From Octopus vulgaris (lineage: Eukaryota), in NCBI GenBank assembly GCA_951406725.2, contig OX597822.1:63116001-63180000 (forward strand): a stretch of DNA of 64,000 nucleotides. The letters run 5' to 3'. Of this stretch, positions 28,010 through 39,838 are shown one piece after another. Every line of letters begins with the position of its first letter. The stretch's first letter is position 1. The translations under genes and the position numbers were made by a program. Below the pieces are notes generated by a model, which did no database searches, had not been told where the DNA came from, and worked only from the letters and a program-made list of their open reading frames with translations.

Positions 28010-28190
28010 AGAAGTAGGAAGAAAGTTGTGGTGAAAGAGTACAGCGGGGTTCACACCGCCGCCGGATCCTCGTGGAGCTTAGGTGTTTTTGCTCAATAAA
28101 CACTCACAATGCCCGGTCTGGGAATCGAAACCGCGTTCTTACGACCGCGAGTCCGCTGCCCTAACCACTGGGTCATTGCGCCTCTACATG
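28010..28190 (-). mobile_element. tRNA-derived SINE head
   Basis: Reverse TGACCCAGTGGTTAGGGCAGCGGACTCGCGGTCG...GTTTCGATTCCC; related to positions 1-100. Confidence 0.75.
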
Positions 28191-30049
28191 TGTTGTTTTT
28201 GCTATTGTTTGACCACTGCCATTCCTTATCTACTAGGCCGACGTCCAAAGGCATTGGGGATATGACCGACCCATCTTTTATTCAGACAGGCTATGCCGGA
28301 TTACACATTAACCATTGGGTACTTTGTGGTGAAATGGATGAGATGTAGTTTCGGGGATATTTGCCTGCTTTTCCGAGCTGTTCCAAAAACGGCGTAGAGA
28401 CTGCATTACAACATCGCCTTCCTCAGTAGTAGTAGTAGTGGTGGTGGTGGCGGTGGTGGTGGTATTGGTGGTGGCGGCGGCGGTGATGATGGTGGTAGTG
28501 GTGGTGGTGTTTGTTCAGCCCCATGTCAGTCGTGATCAAGTAGATCTGTTGCCAAAGGTGTTTCAGCTGTAATCATCCTCACCTTTATTTTTTTACATTG
28601 TCCACACACATATAAATATTGATATAAATATATGCAAATGCATATGTATGTCTTAATTGTCATTGCGATGACACATGATCTAGTGGTTAGGTTGTTGCAC
28701 AAACGATCACAAGGTCCTGCTTTCGACTCCCACACCGGCGCTGTGTTGTATACTTAAGCAAAACACCTCATTTTCCGTTACTCCAGTTCACTCGGCCGTA
28801 AATGAATAACCCTGCGACGGACTGGTATTCCATTCAAAGGGAAACAAGCCTATCCACCTCGTCAGCGGGATGGTTTCGTTAGAAGGCTTCACCATTTCGA
28901 AGAAGCGCATTGTGGCCAGCGGTGTATTCACTAGTCTGGTCGATACATTCACTAGTCTGGTCGATACAGTGACAGTGATATATATACGTGTGTGTAGAAC
29001 TGCGCGCGCACACACACACACGAACATACATACACACACACACGTATATATACGTATGTATATTTATAGAGATAAGCTTGTGTGAGTTTATATACATGTG
29101 AGTGAGAGTAAATATTTATGCATATCTCAACATAAATTATTTTTTGTATACATACATATACATGTGTGTATATGTATTTATATATGTATGTATGTATGTA
29201 TGTGTTTGTGTATTTACACATATGTACGTATGTTTATGGCTATGTATGTATGTATATATGTATAAGTATGTATGTATATGTATTTGTGTGTTTGTGTTTG
29301 CGTATGTAGGTATATGTACGTATGTATATGGGTAAGTATGTATGTATGAATATATATATCTGCTTATGTATGTATGTATGTATGTGTGTATGTTTGTATG
29401 TATGTATGTATGTATGTATGTATGTATGTATGTATGTATGTATGTATGTATGTATGTATGACTGTCCTTTAATTAAAAATGTATCGCCTTAAAGCTAATA
29501 TTTCTTCAATAATTATTGTATCCCATCTGGGGTCCAAAATAGAATAAACATCGGAAATCAACATTTATTTATGACTCAAAGTTAAAGAAGCCACAAAAAC
29601 ATAAAAATATAAAAAATTTTTTTTTTAATAGAAAAAATATATAGTTTAAAATTAAATAAGAATTTAAAATAAACAATTGAATATAAATACTAAAGTAAGA
29701 TATATTTTTTTAATGAGAGGTTACTGAAAATTCAGAACATTTATAAATAGTTCAACATTGAAAAATCTTTAACAGAGCATTATTATTGAGAATACGTAAA
29801 ACAACATAAAAGGTTTAGTGAAAGATTAGAAATGATAATTAAATGAAATAGAAAATATATATAAATATAAAGTAAAAATAAACTCAGTAATAGTTTTTTT
29901 TTAAATTCTTGTTATTGCACTGATGCGTATACAATGTTATCGATCCTTCATATAAGGCCGTTTTCTTCTAGATATTTTTGCCAATCACAAAATAGAATGA
30001 AAAGTGCATTTGTGTGTGTGTGAATTTATATATCTATAAAGTACTGAAA

Positions 30050-30190
30050 AGTTTCTGACTTTAAAGGTGTTGCGAAAGACCTGGTTGGACGCCAGGCCTT
30101 CTAAGTTCTTTTGCAGGGCTTACAAACATTGAAGGACCTACAATAAGTATATGAATCTGAGAGGAGAATATGTTGAACAAAATCATTTTC
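30050..30190 (+). mobile_element. Mariner 3'-end remnant
   Basis: WLDARPSKFF...NLRGEYVE-like terminus. Confidence 0.45.
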
Positions 30191-30237
30191 TCTGCCTGTT
30201 ACTATGTTCGTTTTTAATACAATTCTACAATATAGAA

Positions 30238-30693
30238 ATTCTTCAATTGGAATTTACCTAGGATTTTTCGAAGTAGATTCGATTAGGTCTTGGCATGTAA
30301 AGTTTTTTCAATTTGACCCCCATTTGAGCAAAAATTCGAGAAAAGTAAATATTTTACGATTTGCCTCTCTAATTTTAACTGCTTCACTCCTGCTATTACC
30401 ACACTTTCTCCTACTTTCTCTTTGCAAGTGTACCTTAAACCACTACTCAAAAAAATACAGAGCAAACAGAAACAAATAAATACATAACGATTTACTCCTA
30501 ACACAATTTCTTCAATTGGAATTTACCTATGATTTTTTGAAGTACATTCTATTCTGTCATGGCATATAAATTTCTTTCAATTTGACCTCCAATTAAGCAA
30601 AAATTCGAGAAAACTCAATATTTTACGATTTCCCTCTCTCACTTCAAAGGCTTTACTCCGCCTATTACCACACTGTCTCCTACTTTCTCTTTA
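30238..30693. repeat. Diverged direct duplication, period ~270 bp
   Basis: ttcttcaattggaatttaccta...ctcctactttctcttt at ~30238 and ~30508. Confidence 0.85.
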
Positions 30694-31253
30694 CACACAT
30701 AGACACGCAAACATATACATATATGACAGTGACAAACACAAACGTTTCAAACAACTACATACAAACACTCAAACACACACACACGTGTGTATTTGTTATT
30801 AGTAAAAAAGGCGCCAAACACAATTCACTTTCTCATTCGAACACATTTGCAAACACACAGCAACAATTCACTGACATATGGTGAGTAGATGCTAGCCGCT
30901 CACATTATGAGTTACACTATTACACCAATTATATTGGGACTGTTGTCTACTTCCCGTTAGTTTTTAGTGTCGAGGAAACAAAACTTTCTCGAGAAATAAC
31001 ACAAAAAAAACTCTCCTAGATTTCACAAAGGACTTTAAGAAGCGATAGGAACTAAGTTCAGTTGAAGAAAAGAGACGGATTTAAGGAAATCAGACGGTCG
31101 AATTAGAATGATAACTCAACAGAAAAGGTAAATTGGTTTTTAATTTACTTTCTGTCGCTAAGTTTTCGTAGTATTAATTTGCGAGCGTACTTCAGTTGTC
31201 AATTGTTGAAAGAATATTGTAAGCTAAGAAGGTGCGTGCGTGTGTGTGAGTGT

Positions 31254-31301
<48 letters not shown>

Positions 31302-31423
31302 GAAGTGAAGGATAAAAATATGGCAAGAAGTGGACAGATGTACATATATACATACATACATCCATCCATACATACATACATGTGTGTGTGTGTGTATGTA
31401 TATGTATTAATGTGTGTGTGTTA

Positions 31424-31814
31424 TCTCTCTATATATAAAGCTCAAGTTGTCTGTGTGCACCAGGTTTGGTAGCCTTCAACTAACACTATCTCCTCCGAGA
31501 CCCTGCGGCGCAAGTTGACCAAAATTGAGAGTATGATAGAAGAAGGGTTGCTCTTCCTTCCGTAGAAGATAAATTTCAAATCGGACCATGTTAACACCAA
31601 AAATTATTTACATCAAAAAGGTGCTTTTTTCTATGAAAATCCCTATTTTTTACGATTTTTTCACTGCTGTGTCGCCACTTTTCGGTGTATTTCAACCAGA
31701 AAAATGTTCACTTGAAGAGAATAACAAGCTACATAATTCAAAATTTTCACTTTTCAAAAATTCCAATTCCAGCGGGTCGAAACAAACCCGAGCAACGCCG
31801 GGCGATACTGCTAG
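31424..31814 (+). mobile_element. Non-autonomous Helitron sharing H1 termini but with a different interior
   Basis: A|TCTCTCTATATATAAA start; ..acaaacccgagcaacgccgggcgatactgCTAG|T end. Confidence 0.8.
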
Positions 31815-32266
31815 TATATATATATATAGGAATACAAAAAATGGGACAAGAACGCAAAACGTCCAGACGATACAAAAAGGGACAAGAAAAAACACGGATG
31901 GGTCATTCGAAGTTTTTTCTCCTCAGTCGAGTTTCAGATTATCTTTGCAATTTCGGCTGGTTATACTCGTGATTACTCTAATCTGGCCAGCCCCAAGGAA
32001 AAACTAAGTTAAGAGCACTAGATTCCTTGGAAGAGAGTAGCGAATGTATACAAAAACAAGGGCGGAAAAAACCGAGAAATGGTACACAAATACAAATACA
32101 CGGGATGGTCTTTTTTGCCTAATATTCACATGCACTTTATATATTTTTTCTTCACTCGTTTAATACTGTTCTTATTTTAATATTTTAACTTTTGCCTATT
32201 GTCCGGAAATCTTTCGTCAGACATCTGTAACCTCTTCAGCGAGTGTTCTTGCTCCACTTACTCCAT

Positions 32267-32367
<101 letters not shown>

Positions 32368-32503
32368 TCAATAAATGGTGGGGTTGTGTTGACCGCACGT
32401 GGAGAAATGATAAGTAAGGAAAAATTTTTTTAAAATGCAGAATGCTCAAATGAAAGAAAATTTTAATAAAATGAGAAATTGATAAAATATATAAATATAT
32501 ATT

Positions 32504-32544
32504 TATTCAACCGGTTTTCGTCATTGTATGACTTGTCAAGAATA
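32504..32544 (-). ncRNA. Minimal hammerhead-like motif with U3-A8 core
   Basis: UAUUC-UUGACAA-GUCAU aca AUGAC-GAAA-ACCGGU-U-GAAUA. Perfect stems I and II; one extra A in the core. Confidence 0.55.
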
Positions 32545-32819
32545 TTTATGTTTTAAAAGTTTTTTTTAAATTAGAAAGGGAAAAAAGAAAATTGCATTGT
32601 TTTTTGCAAAAGAATAATGATAAAAATGTACAAAAATTAAAAAATAAGTACTCCGATACATTGTGAGTTCGTTGTGTATCTTGAGTTTTATGATTGTTCA
32701 CGAAAAAATTACCTTGAGGTATTAAGATCCAATGGGATTAAGAGCATGTGTTGTGTGGTTTAATTCAGCATGTTTGCAGGACAGTAGATATATATATATA
32801 TCGGATGTTATTATACATC

Positions 32820-33065
32820 GCTCGTCACAATGCGCTTCGCATTGTTCTAGCTTTCAAATGATGCCACCCTGCTGGTTAGGTGAACAGGCCAACATTCCCC
32901 ACTGATCGGAAGACTATTTCGTCGCAGGATTATCCATTTGCAGCTGAGTAAACTGGAGCAACGTGAAATGAAATGCTTTGCTCAAAAATTCAACGGGCCA
33001 CCCAATCCGACAATTGAACCCGTGATCTAACAATCGTGAATGCAACACCTTAGCCACTAGCCCAC
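32820..33065 (-). mobile_element. Family C-related SINE
   Basis: Reverse of the tRNA head plus ctggagcaacgtgaaatgaa. Confidence 0.65.
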
Positions 33066-33077
33066 ACTCCCAGTTGA

Positions 33078-33131
<54 letters not shown>

Positions 33132-33561
33132 TGTGTGCGTGTGCGTGCGTTTAATTCTTTTCAAAGCCAAAATAATGCAAGTTATAAGAAAAAAAATCCA
33201 TGTCGATAGTTTGTAATTTTTGAGATTAGGACCCCTTCTTCATGAAATCTCGCGGATATGGCATTTTGAGCCGACTTCTCTACTCTGAAGTGTGGTTATA
33301 TGAAAAACTGTTTTCCATACACAAGATAGCATTGCTATAGTAGTCAATCTGTTGCGTGTATACGTATTGTTCTGGCAGCTATCGCCTGTTAGCATGCATA
33401 GCTTAGTTACATCTCCCATGCTTTCGCTAATTGTAAGTGTTTATGTAGTTACAAGTTATCCTAGTTACTAAGCCAAGCGCCTTCACACATACGTACGTAC
33501 ATACATACATACATACATACATGCATACATACATACATAAATACATAAATACATACATACA

Positions 33562-33592
<31 letters not shown>

Positions 33593-33649
33593 CATACATA
33601 CATACATACATACATACATACATACATACATACATACATACTTATATAA

Positions 33650-33840
33650 CTGGCATTCCGCCGATTACGACGACGGGGGTTCCAGTTGATCCGATCAACG
33701 GAACATCCTGCTCGTAATTCTCAAGGAAATTCAGAGTGACACAGAATGTGACAAGGCTGGCCCTTTTTTGAAATACATGTACAACTCATTTTTGCCAGCT
33801 GAGTGAACTGGAGCAACGTGAAATGAAATGTCTTGCTCAT
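33650..33840 (-). mobile_element. Family C SINE 3' part, truncated at the 33841 insert
   Basis: Matches 515-700 and the reverse of 12970-13020. Confidence 0.7.
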
Positions 33841-34764
33841 AAACAATATTGTCATATTTTCTAAAGTTAAAATTTAGGGTCATTCAGAAAATTATTAAGA
33901 AGAATATTATAACAAAGGGATAAAAAGTTTTTTGAATACTTTTGAGTAATTATCTAGAAATAGGTTAATATTTATACATATTATATACTTAAATACTAAC
34001 TTATTAGATGGTATCTGTGAAGATTGATCAATTGGTATTTACTGGTATTTAATAAAGGAGTACTGAGGTAAAAGAGCATGCTAACTGTATTTATAATCTA
34101 ACTATATGTTAATTTAAGCAGTTTATTTTAAGCAGTGATTATACCAGTATTGTTTTATATAAGCTAAGTATGAATTTATAGGGGTACAAAAATTAGATTT
34201 ATTTTATAAATAAATAAAGGCTATTATAAAATAATAAAATAATAAAATAATCAAGTAGGGCAGAACACCATAGAAAAGGAATAAAATAGCTTAATCACTA
34301 AAAACATGATAAAGTATATATACCTTATTAACATCAATAGAGAAGACTTATAGAAAATATATAATGATTTAAGTATCTTAAACTAAAAATTATTTATTTA
34401 CTTATTTAGCTAGCATTAATAAAAACTGATACCTAAAGGAATATTAGCTAAAGGAATATTGATGTTATAGGACATTCTAATTATATACTAATTATAAAAC
34501 TAAGAGGTATATTATAGATTTTAGAAGTTATTAGTGTTACTCCATACATGATATTTATAGTTTCTTAGAGGTACTTAATTAGAAGGGCTACTTATATAAA
34601 GGCCCTTTTAAATACTAAGATCAGGAGGGTAGAACACGTTAAGAAAGGGATAAATCAAGTAATTTTTAAAAGCCATTTCAAACAATATTGCCATATTGTA
34701 TAAAGTTAAAATTTAGGGTTGTCAAGAAGATTATTAAGAATGATATTATAACAAAAGGATAAAA
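33841..34764. other. TpA-rich, CpG-poor segment bounded by ~85-bp direct repeats
   Basis: aaacaatattg.catatt.t.taaagttaaaatttagggt...ggataaaa at 33841-33925 and 34680-34764. Confidence 0.7.
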
Positions 34765-34794
34765 TTTCTTGCTTATTTTGATTTTATATATGAA

Positions 34795-35174
34795 CGAGCA
34801 AAACGCACCCTCTCCACCGTACAACGGACGGTGCTGAGTTGTCAAACATTTAAACCAAATTTTGGGTGTGGGTTCTTAAATATACTGCATTTTGTGGCAT
34901 TATTTCAAGCCAGGTGGCTTTTTTGTGCAAACTGCACGTGCATTTTTCTCGCGAACGCGTAGTATCGATCGCAACAGCAAATGTACTTGCGCGTACAAAT
35001 GCACGTTCCACGGCTTTATCGATCGCATTCTCACCTGGAATCGATTTTTGTAACTTTTTCAAGACTTATACACGCCCTGATACCGTTAGTATCTACATAT
35101 CAAATTTGAGCGTAATCGGATGGAGGATGCCCGAGATCCTAGAAGACACATACACACACAGACAGAACGGATTT

Positions 35175-35180
<6 letters not shown>
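34795..35180 (-). mobile_element. Helitron-like non-autonomous element, family H2
   Basis: 5' end merges with (TA)n. 3' hairpin CACCGT..ACGGTG, then ...GCTCG|T. Second copy at 59645-59965. Confidence 0.65.
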
Positions 35181-35241
<61 letters not shown>

Positions 35242-35732
35242 TGTATGTATGCATGTATGTATGTATGTATGTATGTATGTATGTATGTATGTATGTATGT
35301 ATGTATACAGGGAGCCTTTTTCTTTCAAATATTTTATTTTGAAGTCCTGGTTAATTTATTTTGTTTCTTTTTGTTTTTTGTTTTTTTAAGATTCTTCATA
35401 ATTCCTTATGCTCTCTGCATTTAGTTCGGAACACGTTTTTTTTTTATCTGCTACGCCAACCAGTGTACTGTTATTGCACATTTACTTAAAATATTCTTTC
35501 AATATTACTTTTTAACAGGTGTAACCAATATTTATCTGGTGAGATCAGAAAAATGTTGTGTGTCGTCAGTCGTATATGCTAGAAATATGATTTATCTTGA
35601 TCGTTGAATAGTGTCAATATTTTTTTCTTTTTCATCACATGATTTTTCTCAACTTTTTCCTTTAACAGCCACTGCGTTAAATGCTTACAAAAACCTAATT
35701 TTGTATAAATGATTTGTACTCTTTTTCTTCAG

Positions 35733-35793
35733 TTTTCCCGTTGCTACCAGCGTTAATTTATGCCACAATTCGCGGAACAATGTTCAACAAACT
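35733..35793 (+). CDS. Class B1 GPCR exon (TM4-ECL2)
   Basis: ctttttcttcAG acceptor, ct|GTAAG donor. (V)FPLLPALIYATIRGTMFNK(L). Phase 1 in and phase 2 out fit both neighbouring exons. Confidence 0.85.
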
Positions 35794-36936
35794 GTAAGAT
35801 ATATTCATTTAAGCTAATTTTATCTACGTTGTGTATGTCTACCCGTTCTCCTACCTCTATCTATATGTGTGCTTGTGCGTGTGCGTGCGTGTGCGTGCGT
35901 GTGCGTGCGTGTGCGCGTGTATGTGTGTGTGTGTGTTTTTGTGTGCAATAAATATTGATCACTTTCCAAAACAACTCTTCTGTTCAATCGACTGTACATG
36001 TCGGCAGGTTGGAAACAAAAGACTATTAGCAGTGATATAGTGTTAGTTGTGTAATGTTTGTTACATCCATTATGCATTAGGGGAGTGCTCTTTCAAAATC
36101 GATAAGAATTAGCTCTCTGTTTAGTTTAAAGTTGATAGGGTATCAAATGATGTGAAATTTCTCTGTAAGACAGTAGCTGCAAAAATTTGACCCATTCCTA
36201 AATGTCTTTTCTTTATCTAACATTCCTCATGTCATACCGGTGGTTTCTCCTTTGAAAACGCTTTGAAATATGCTGTAGCACTTCCCACGCGGTGATGGTA
36301 GAATTAATTATTATCTTTTAAGATTGAATTCTGTAAATCATATAGCTTGTTGATGTGTTGCTGATGGAGATATTAGCAATGAAGAAGACTTAGATGTGTA
36401 AAGTCAAGATGACCTAAGTATGTATCTGAGAATATAATTGCTAACAATTTCTGTGCTGGTACTCAAACAGAAACGTGGTTTTGAAGTGTTCCAATATGAA
36501 ATTTTTCGATGGCAAAAACGAAGGTCATACAAATTCATTTACAAGCGTAGACATATACATATGTATACACATTTCTTCTCCTTTTCACTTATTTTTCAGT
36601 TCTTTTATATTTCACTTCTTGCTCTTTTTTCTTCCTTTCATTCGACCGTTCTCATAATCTATATACTACCTTCCAATGTCATTTATCTTCTCCAATTAAC
36701 CTATACGCTATATACTACTTTCTAATCTATATACTCCTCTATATAAACTATTTCTAATCTATATATTCCTCTCAACAGATCTTCATATCCATTACATAGC
36801 TAATGGAAAATAACACATTTCTACTATTTCTAGAAGATTTTCTTTCAAGTCTTGTTTCATTTTCTTAATTTCACCTTTTCTTTTACATCTTCAAATGTAG
36901 CATAATATTTTCTTCCTCCTCATATATATATATATA

Positions 36937-37110
36937 GGCGTAGGAGTGGCTGTGTTGTAAGTAGCTTGCTTACCAACCACATGGTTCCGGGTTCAGTCTC
37001 ACTGCGTGGCACCTTGGGAAAGTGTATTCTACTATAGCCTCGGGCCGACCAAAGCCTTGTGAGTGGATCTGGTAGACGGAAACTGAAAGAAGCCGGTCGT
37101 ATATATATAT
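36937..37110 (+). mobile_element. Family B SINE 5' half
   Basis: ggcgtaggagtggctgtg..gtaagtagcttgcttaccaaccacatggttccgggttcagtc. Confidence 0.8.
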
Positions 37111-37127
37111 ATATATATGTATATATA

Positions 37128-37372
37128 ATCAGTGACTAGTGCGAACTGATTACATTTTGCGATCGACCCGGTACCGGACAACGATTCTGGATTAGTTTTC
37201 CAGTTTTTTTACTTAATTTTTGAGAGCGGTTGGATTCATTTTTAATATTCTCGTTTGTGAGAGCATTCGAGTTTATTTCAGATATTCTCATTTTAAAAAT
37301 CCTCTCTGACTAGTCGTTGAGAGAACGTTGGTGTTGTCTTGGCTGGGGTTTGCACTCTCTGAGTACTCTTGT
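37128..37372 (-). mobile_element. Possible Helentron/HINE-like remnant
   Basis: Reverse start aacaagagtactcagagagtgcaaacc and an aaaatgtaatcagttc motif. Recognised from memory only. Confidence 0.35.
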
Positions 37373-37401
37373 TATTATTATTATTATTGTTGTTATTATT
37401 G

Positions 37402-37477
<76 letters not shown>

Positions 37478-37742
37478 CATTGTTATTGTTATTATTATAT
37501 TTTAAAAAAGATTGACGTAACTCTTCACAAAGGTAAACAGTCAAGACGAAGCGCTGGATTCAATTGTAAGATATTTTATTAGTTGAACGATGTTTCAACA
37601 GTACGTCTGTCTTTGTCAAGTTCAAAATAAGAAGTGATAAAAATGTTTATCATTTCTTATTTTGAACTTGACAAAGACAGACGTACTGTTGAAATATCGT
37701 TCAACTAATAAAATATCTTACAATTGAATCGCGCTCTTTGTC

Positions 37743-37826
<84 letters not shown>

Positions 37827-37890
37827 TATAATTTTTATTATTATCATCATCATCATCATCATCATTATTATTATTAGTAGTAGTAGTAGT

Positions 37891-37934
<44 letters not shown>

Positions 37935-37953
37935 CATCATTATTATTATTTTT

Positions 37954-37994
<41 letters not shown>

Positions 37995-38010
37995 TATTAT
38001 TATTATTATA
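37371..38010. repeat. (ATT)n/(ATC)n/(AGT)n trinucleotide arrays with an embedded palindrome
   Basis: Seen directly. Confidence 0.95.
37551..37734. repeat. Near-perfect ~85-bp-arm palindrome carrying two hammerhead-like motifs
   Basis: gattcaattgtaagatattttattagttgaacgat... / ...atcgttcaactaataaaatatcttacaattgaatc. Confidence 0.9.
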
Positions 38011-38630
38011 AGAAAATTCACAGCTTATTTTGCTGGGCATGATGGAAAGTGTCAGCTGTCCACAGCCAGCAGACTAATATGACACTTGTTTACTGGTCAT
38101 GCTTCAAGAACCCTGCGAAGAATTCTTGCAGTTCCAAGCAATACTTATTTTTGTAGGTGTTCTACCTTCACACTTGCACCAATCTTTTTCAGCCATGTCA
38201 GTAGTTGAATACTGATACTTCCAAGTGCACCAATTACTATTGGTATCACGTCTAATCTATTCATTGACCACGACCTTCGTATTTTCCACTTCAAATCGTC
38301 ATAGTTGTTTATTTTTTCTTCTTCTTTCACATTGATCCTGTTATCACGGGGGCATGCTATGTAGATTATCATATATGTTTTTCCTTTTTTATTCACCACA
38401 ACAATCTCCGGTTTCCGATGTCTGGTCGGGGGATCGCACTGGATCATTGTATCCCACAGAATTTTGCAATTCTCATTTTCGGTGACTCCTTCTGGAATTT
38501 TCTCATACCACGTCTTTACTCTTTGTAGGCTGTGATTTCCACAGAGCTCCCACTGGATCGTCCTTGCTACATTGTCTTGGTGTTTTCCGTATTCACGTTG
38601 TGCCAATTTCAAGCTCTCGACCTTACTTGC
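38011..38630 (-). mobile_element. R4/Dong-type LINE 3' fragment (RLE domain)
   Basis: ORF 38145..38702: HQDNVARTIQWELC..KILWD..RKPEIVVV..KINNYDDL..VIPIVIGALG. The 3' end abuts (TAA)n. Confidence 0.85.
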
Positions 38631-38759
38631 TCTAGTTGATTCCGTGAGAGCGGACAGCAGCCTGTTGCCAGAGGTCTCACTCGGTCTCTTCCCGCAAAAC
38701 ATAAGCTTTGGTACTTGGATGTTACCTTGTCATGGTTTTGGCATTTGGATGTCAATTTA

Positions 38760-39817
38760 TCATAGATTACACGGTATAAGAATGAAAAAAAACGGAAATG
38801 AGAATAACCTTTTCTAGGGATATTTTGTGTGTAGATCAAGAATATAATATTCGTTTCTTTCTGTGGCCCATCCAGTTTCTCGTAAATTACCATCTTACGT
38901 TAAATACACCGATGGTTCCATAGGAATTGAGTGCAAACAGGATTGGGCCGAAACTAGCGACTCTAAAAGTTACAAACGGATTTTGATATAATTTTAATGG
39001 GGTGTTTCTAAAGTATTTGCCAACCTAACCTATGGAAATTATAAACGTACATTCAATATTTTTATAGTTATATGGGTCCAAATCCGTGGTAAATCTGATA
39101 AGAGACTACACCTCATCACCTAATCTGAACTCAATGATCTAGTTCGTGATCTAACATTTACTAAGCAACAGAGTGAAGCCCTAGCCTCACGTCTGTAACA
39201 ATGGAACGTGATTGATAAAGATGCTCGAATTACAGTATTTAGAAAGCGTTCTGCAGATCTGCAGCAATTCTTCATTTTGGAAAACAACTTGACTTATTGT
39301 AATGATATCAGATATCAGATTGTAATGATATCAATGCCCTTGGGCTGCCCAATGAACGAAATGAACGGAGGTTATTCATAGAGGCATTCTTTTACAGCAT
39401 AAAAGCGGTTCTGTTGCACATTGGGAACACCATTCCTTCAGTTCCGATTACCCGTCCAGTCGTTTTAAGAGAGACATATGAGAACCTCGCTTTTATTTTA
39501 GACCGCATAAGTTACAAGGAGCATGAGTGGCTAATTTGCGCGGATTTGAAAGTAGTAGCCCTACTTAAAGCATGAGCCACTAGTTAAGAAAGACAAAATT
39601 ATTTTGCCACCACTGCATATAAAACTAGGCCTAAGGCTTAATTTATGATATCGTGGAAATTGGTATAAATTACATACTTATTAACTCGGTAATTTGCAAG
39701 AAAATGTGACGTGATGGGAAGTTTTTGTTATACAATTAGAATTTAGCACAATTAAATTCATAATAAAATGATCATGAGAACTATGTTTTATCTTGATCCT
39801 GAAATTTGTTGTACAGT
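38760..39817 (+). mobile_element. Chapaev3-like (CMC) DNA transposon, internally deleted
   Basis: HLIT*SELNDLVRDLTFTKQQSEALASRL*QWN; RRLFIEAFFYSIKAVLLHIGNTIPSVP..LRETYENL..HEWLICADLKVVALL; KDKIILPPLHIKLGL. 3' end ..tttgttgtacagta resembles a CACTG-type terminus. Confidence 0.75.
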
Positions 39818-39838
39818 ATTATTATTATTATTATTATT

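Noticed and set aside
33841-34764. Mitochondrial insertion (NUMT)
   Set aside because: The composition is suggestive, but I could not read a recognisable mitochondrial protein, rRNA or tRNA. Kept only as an unexplained segment.
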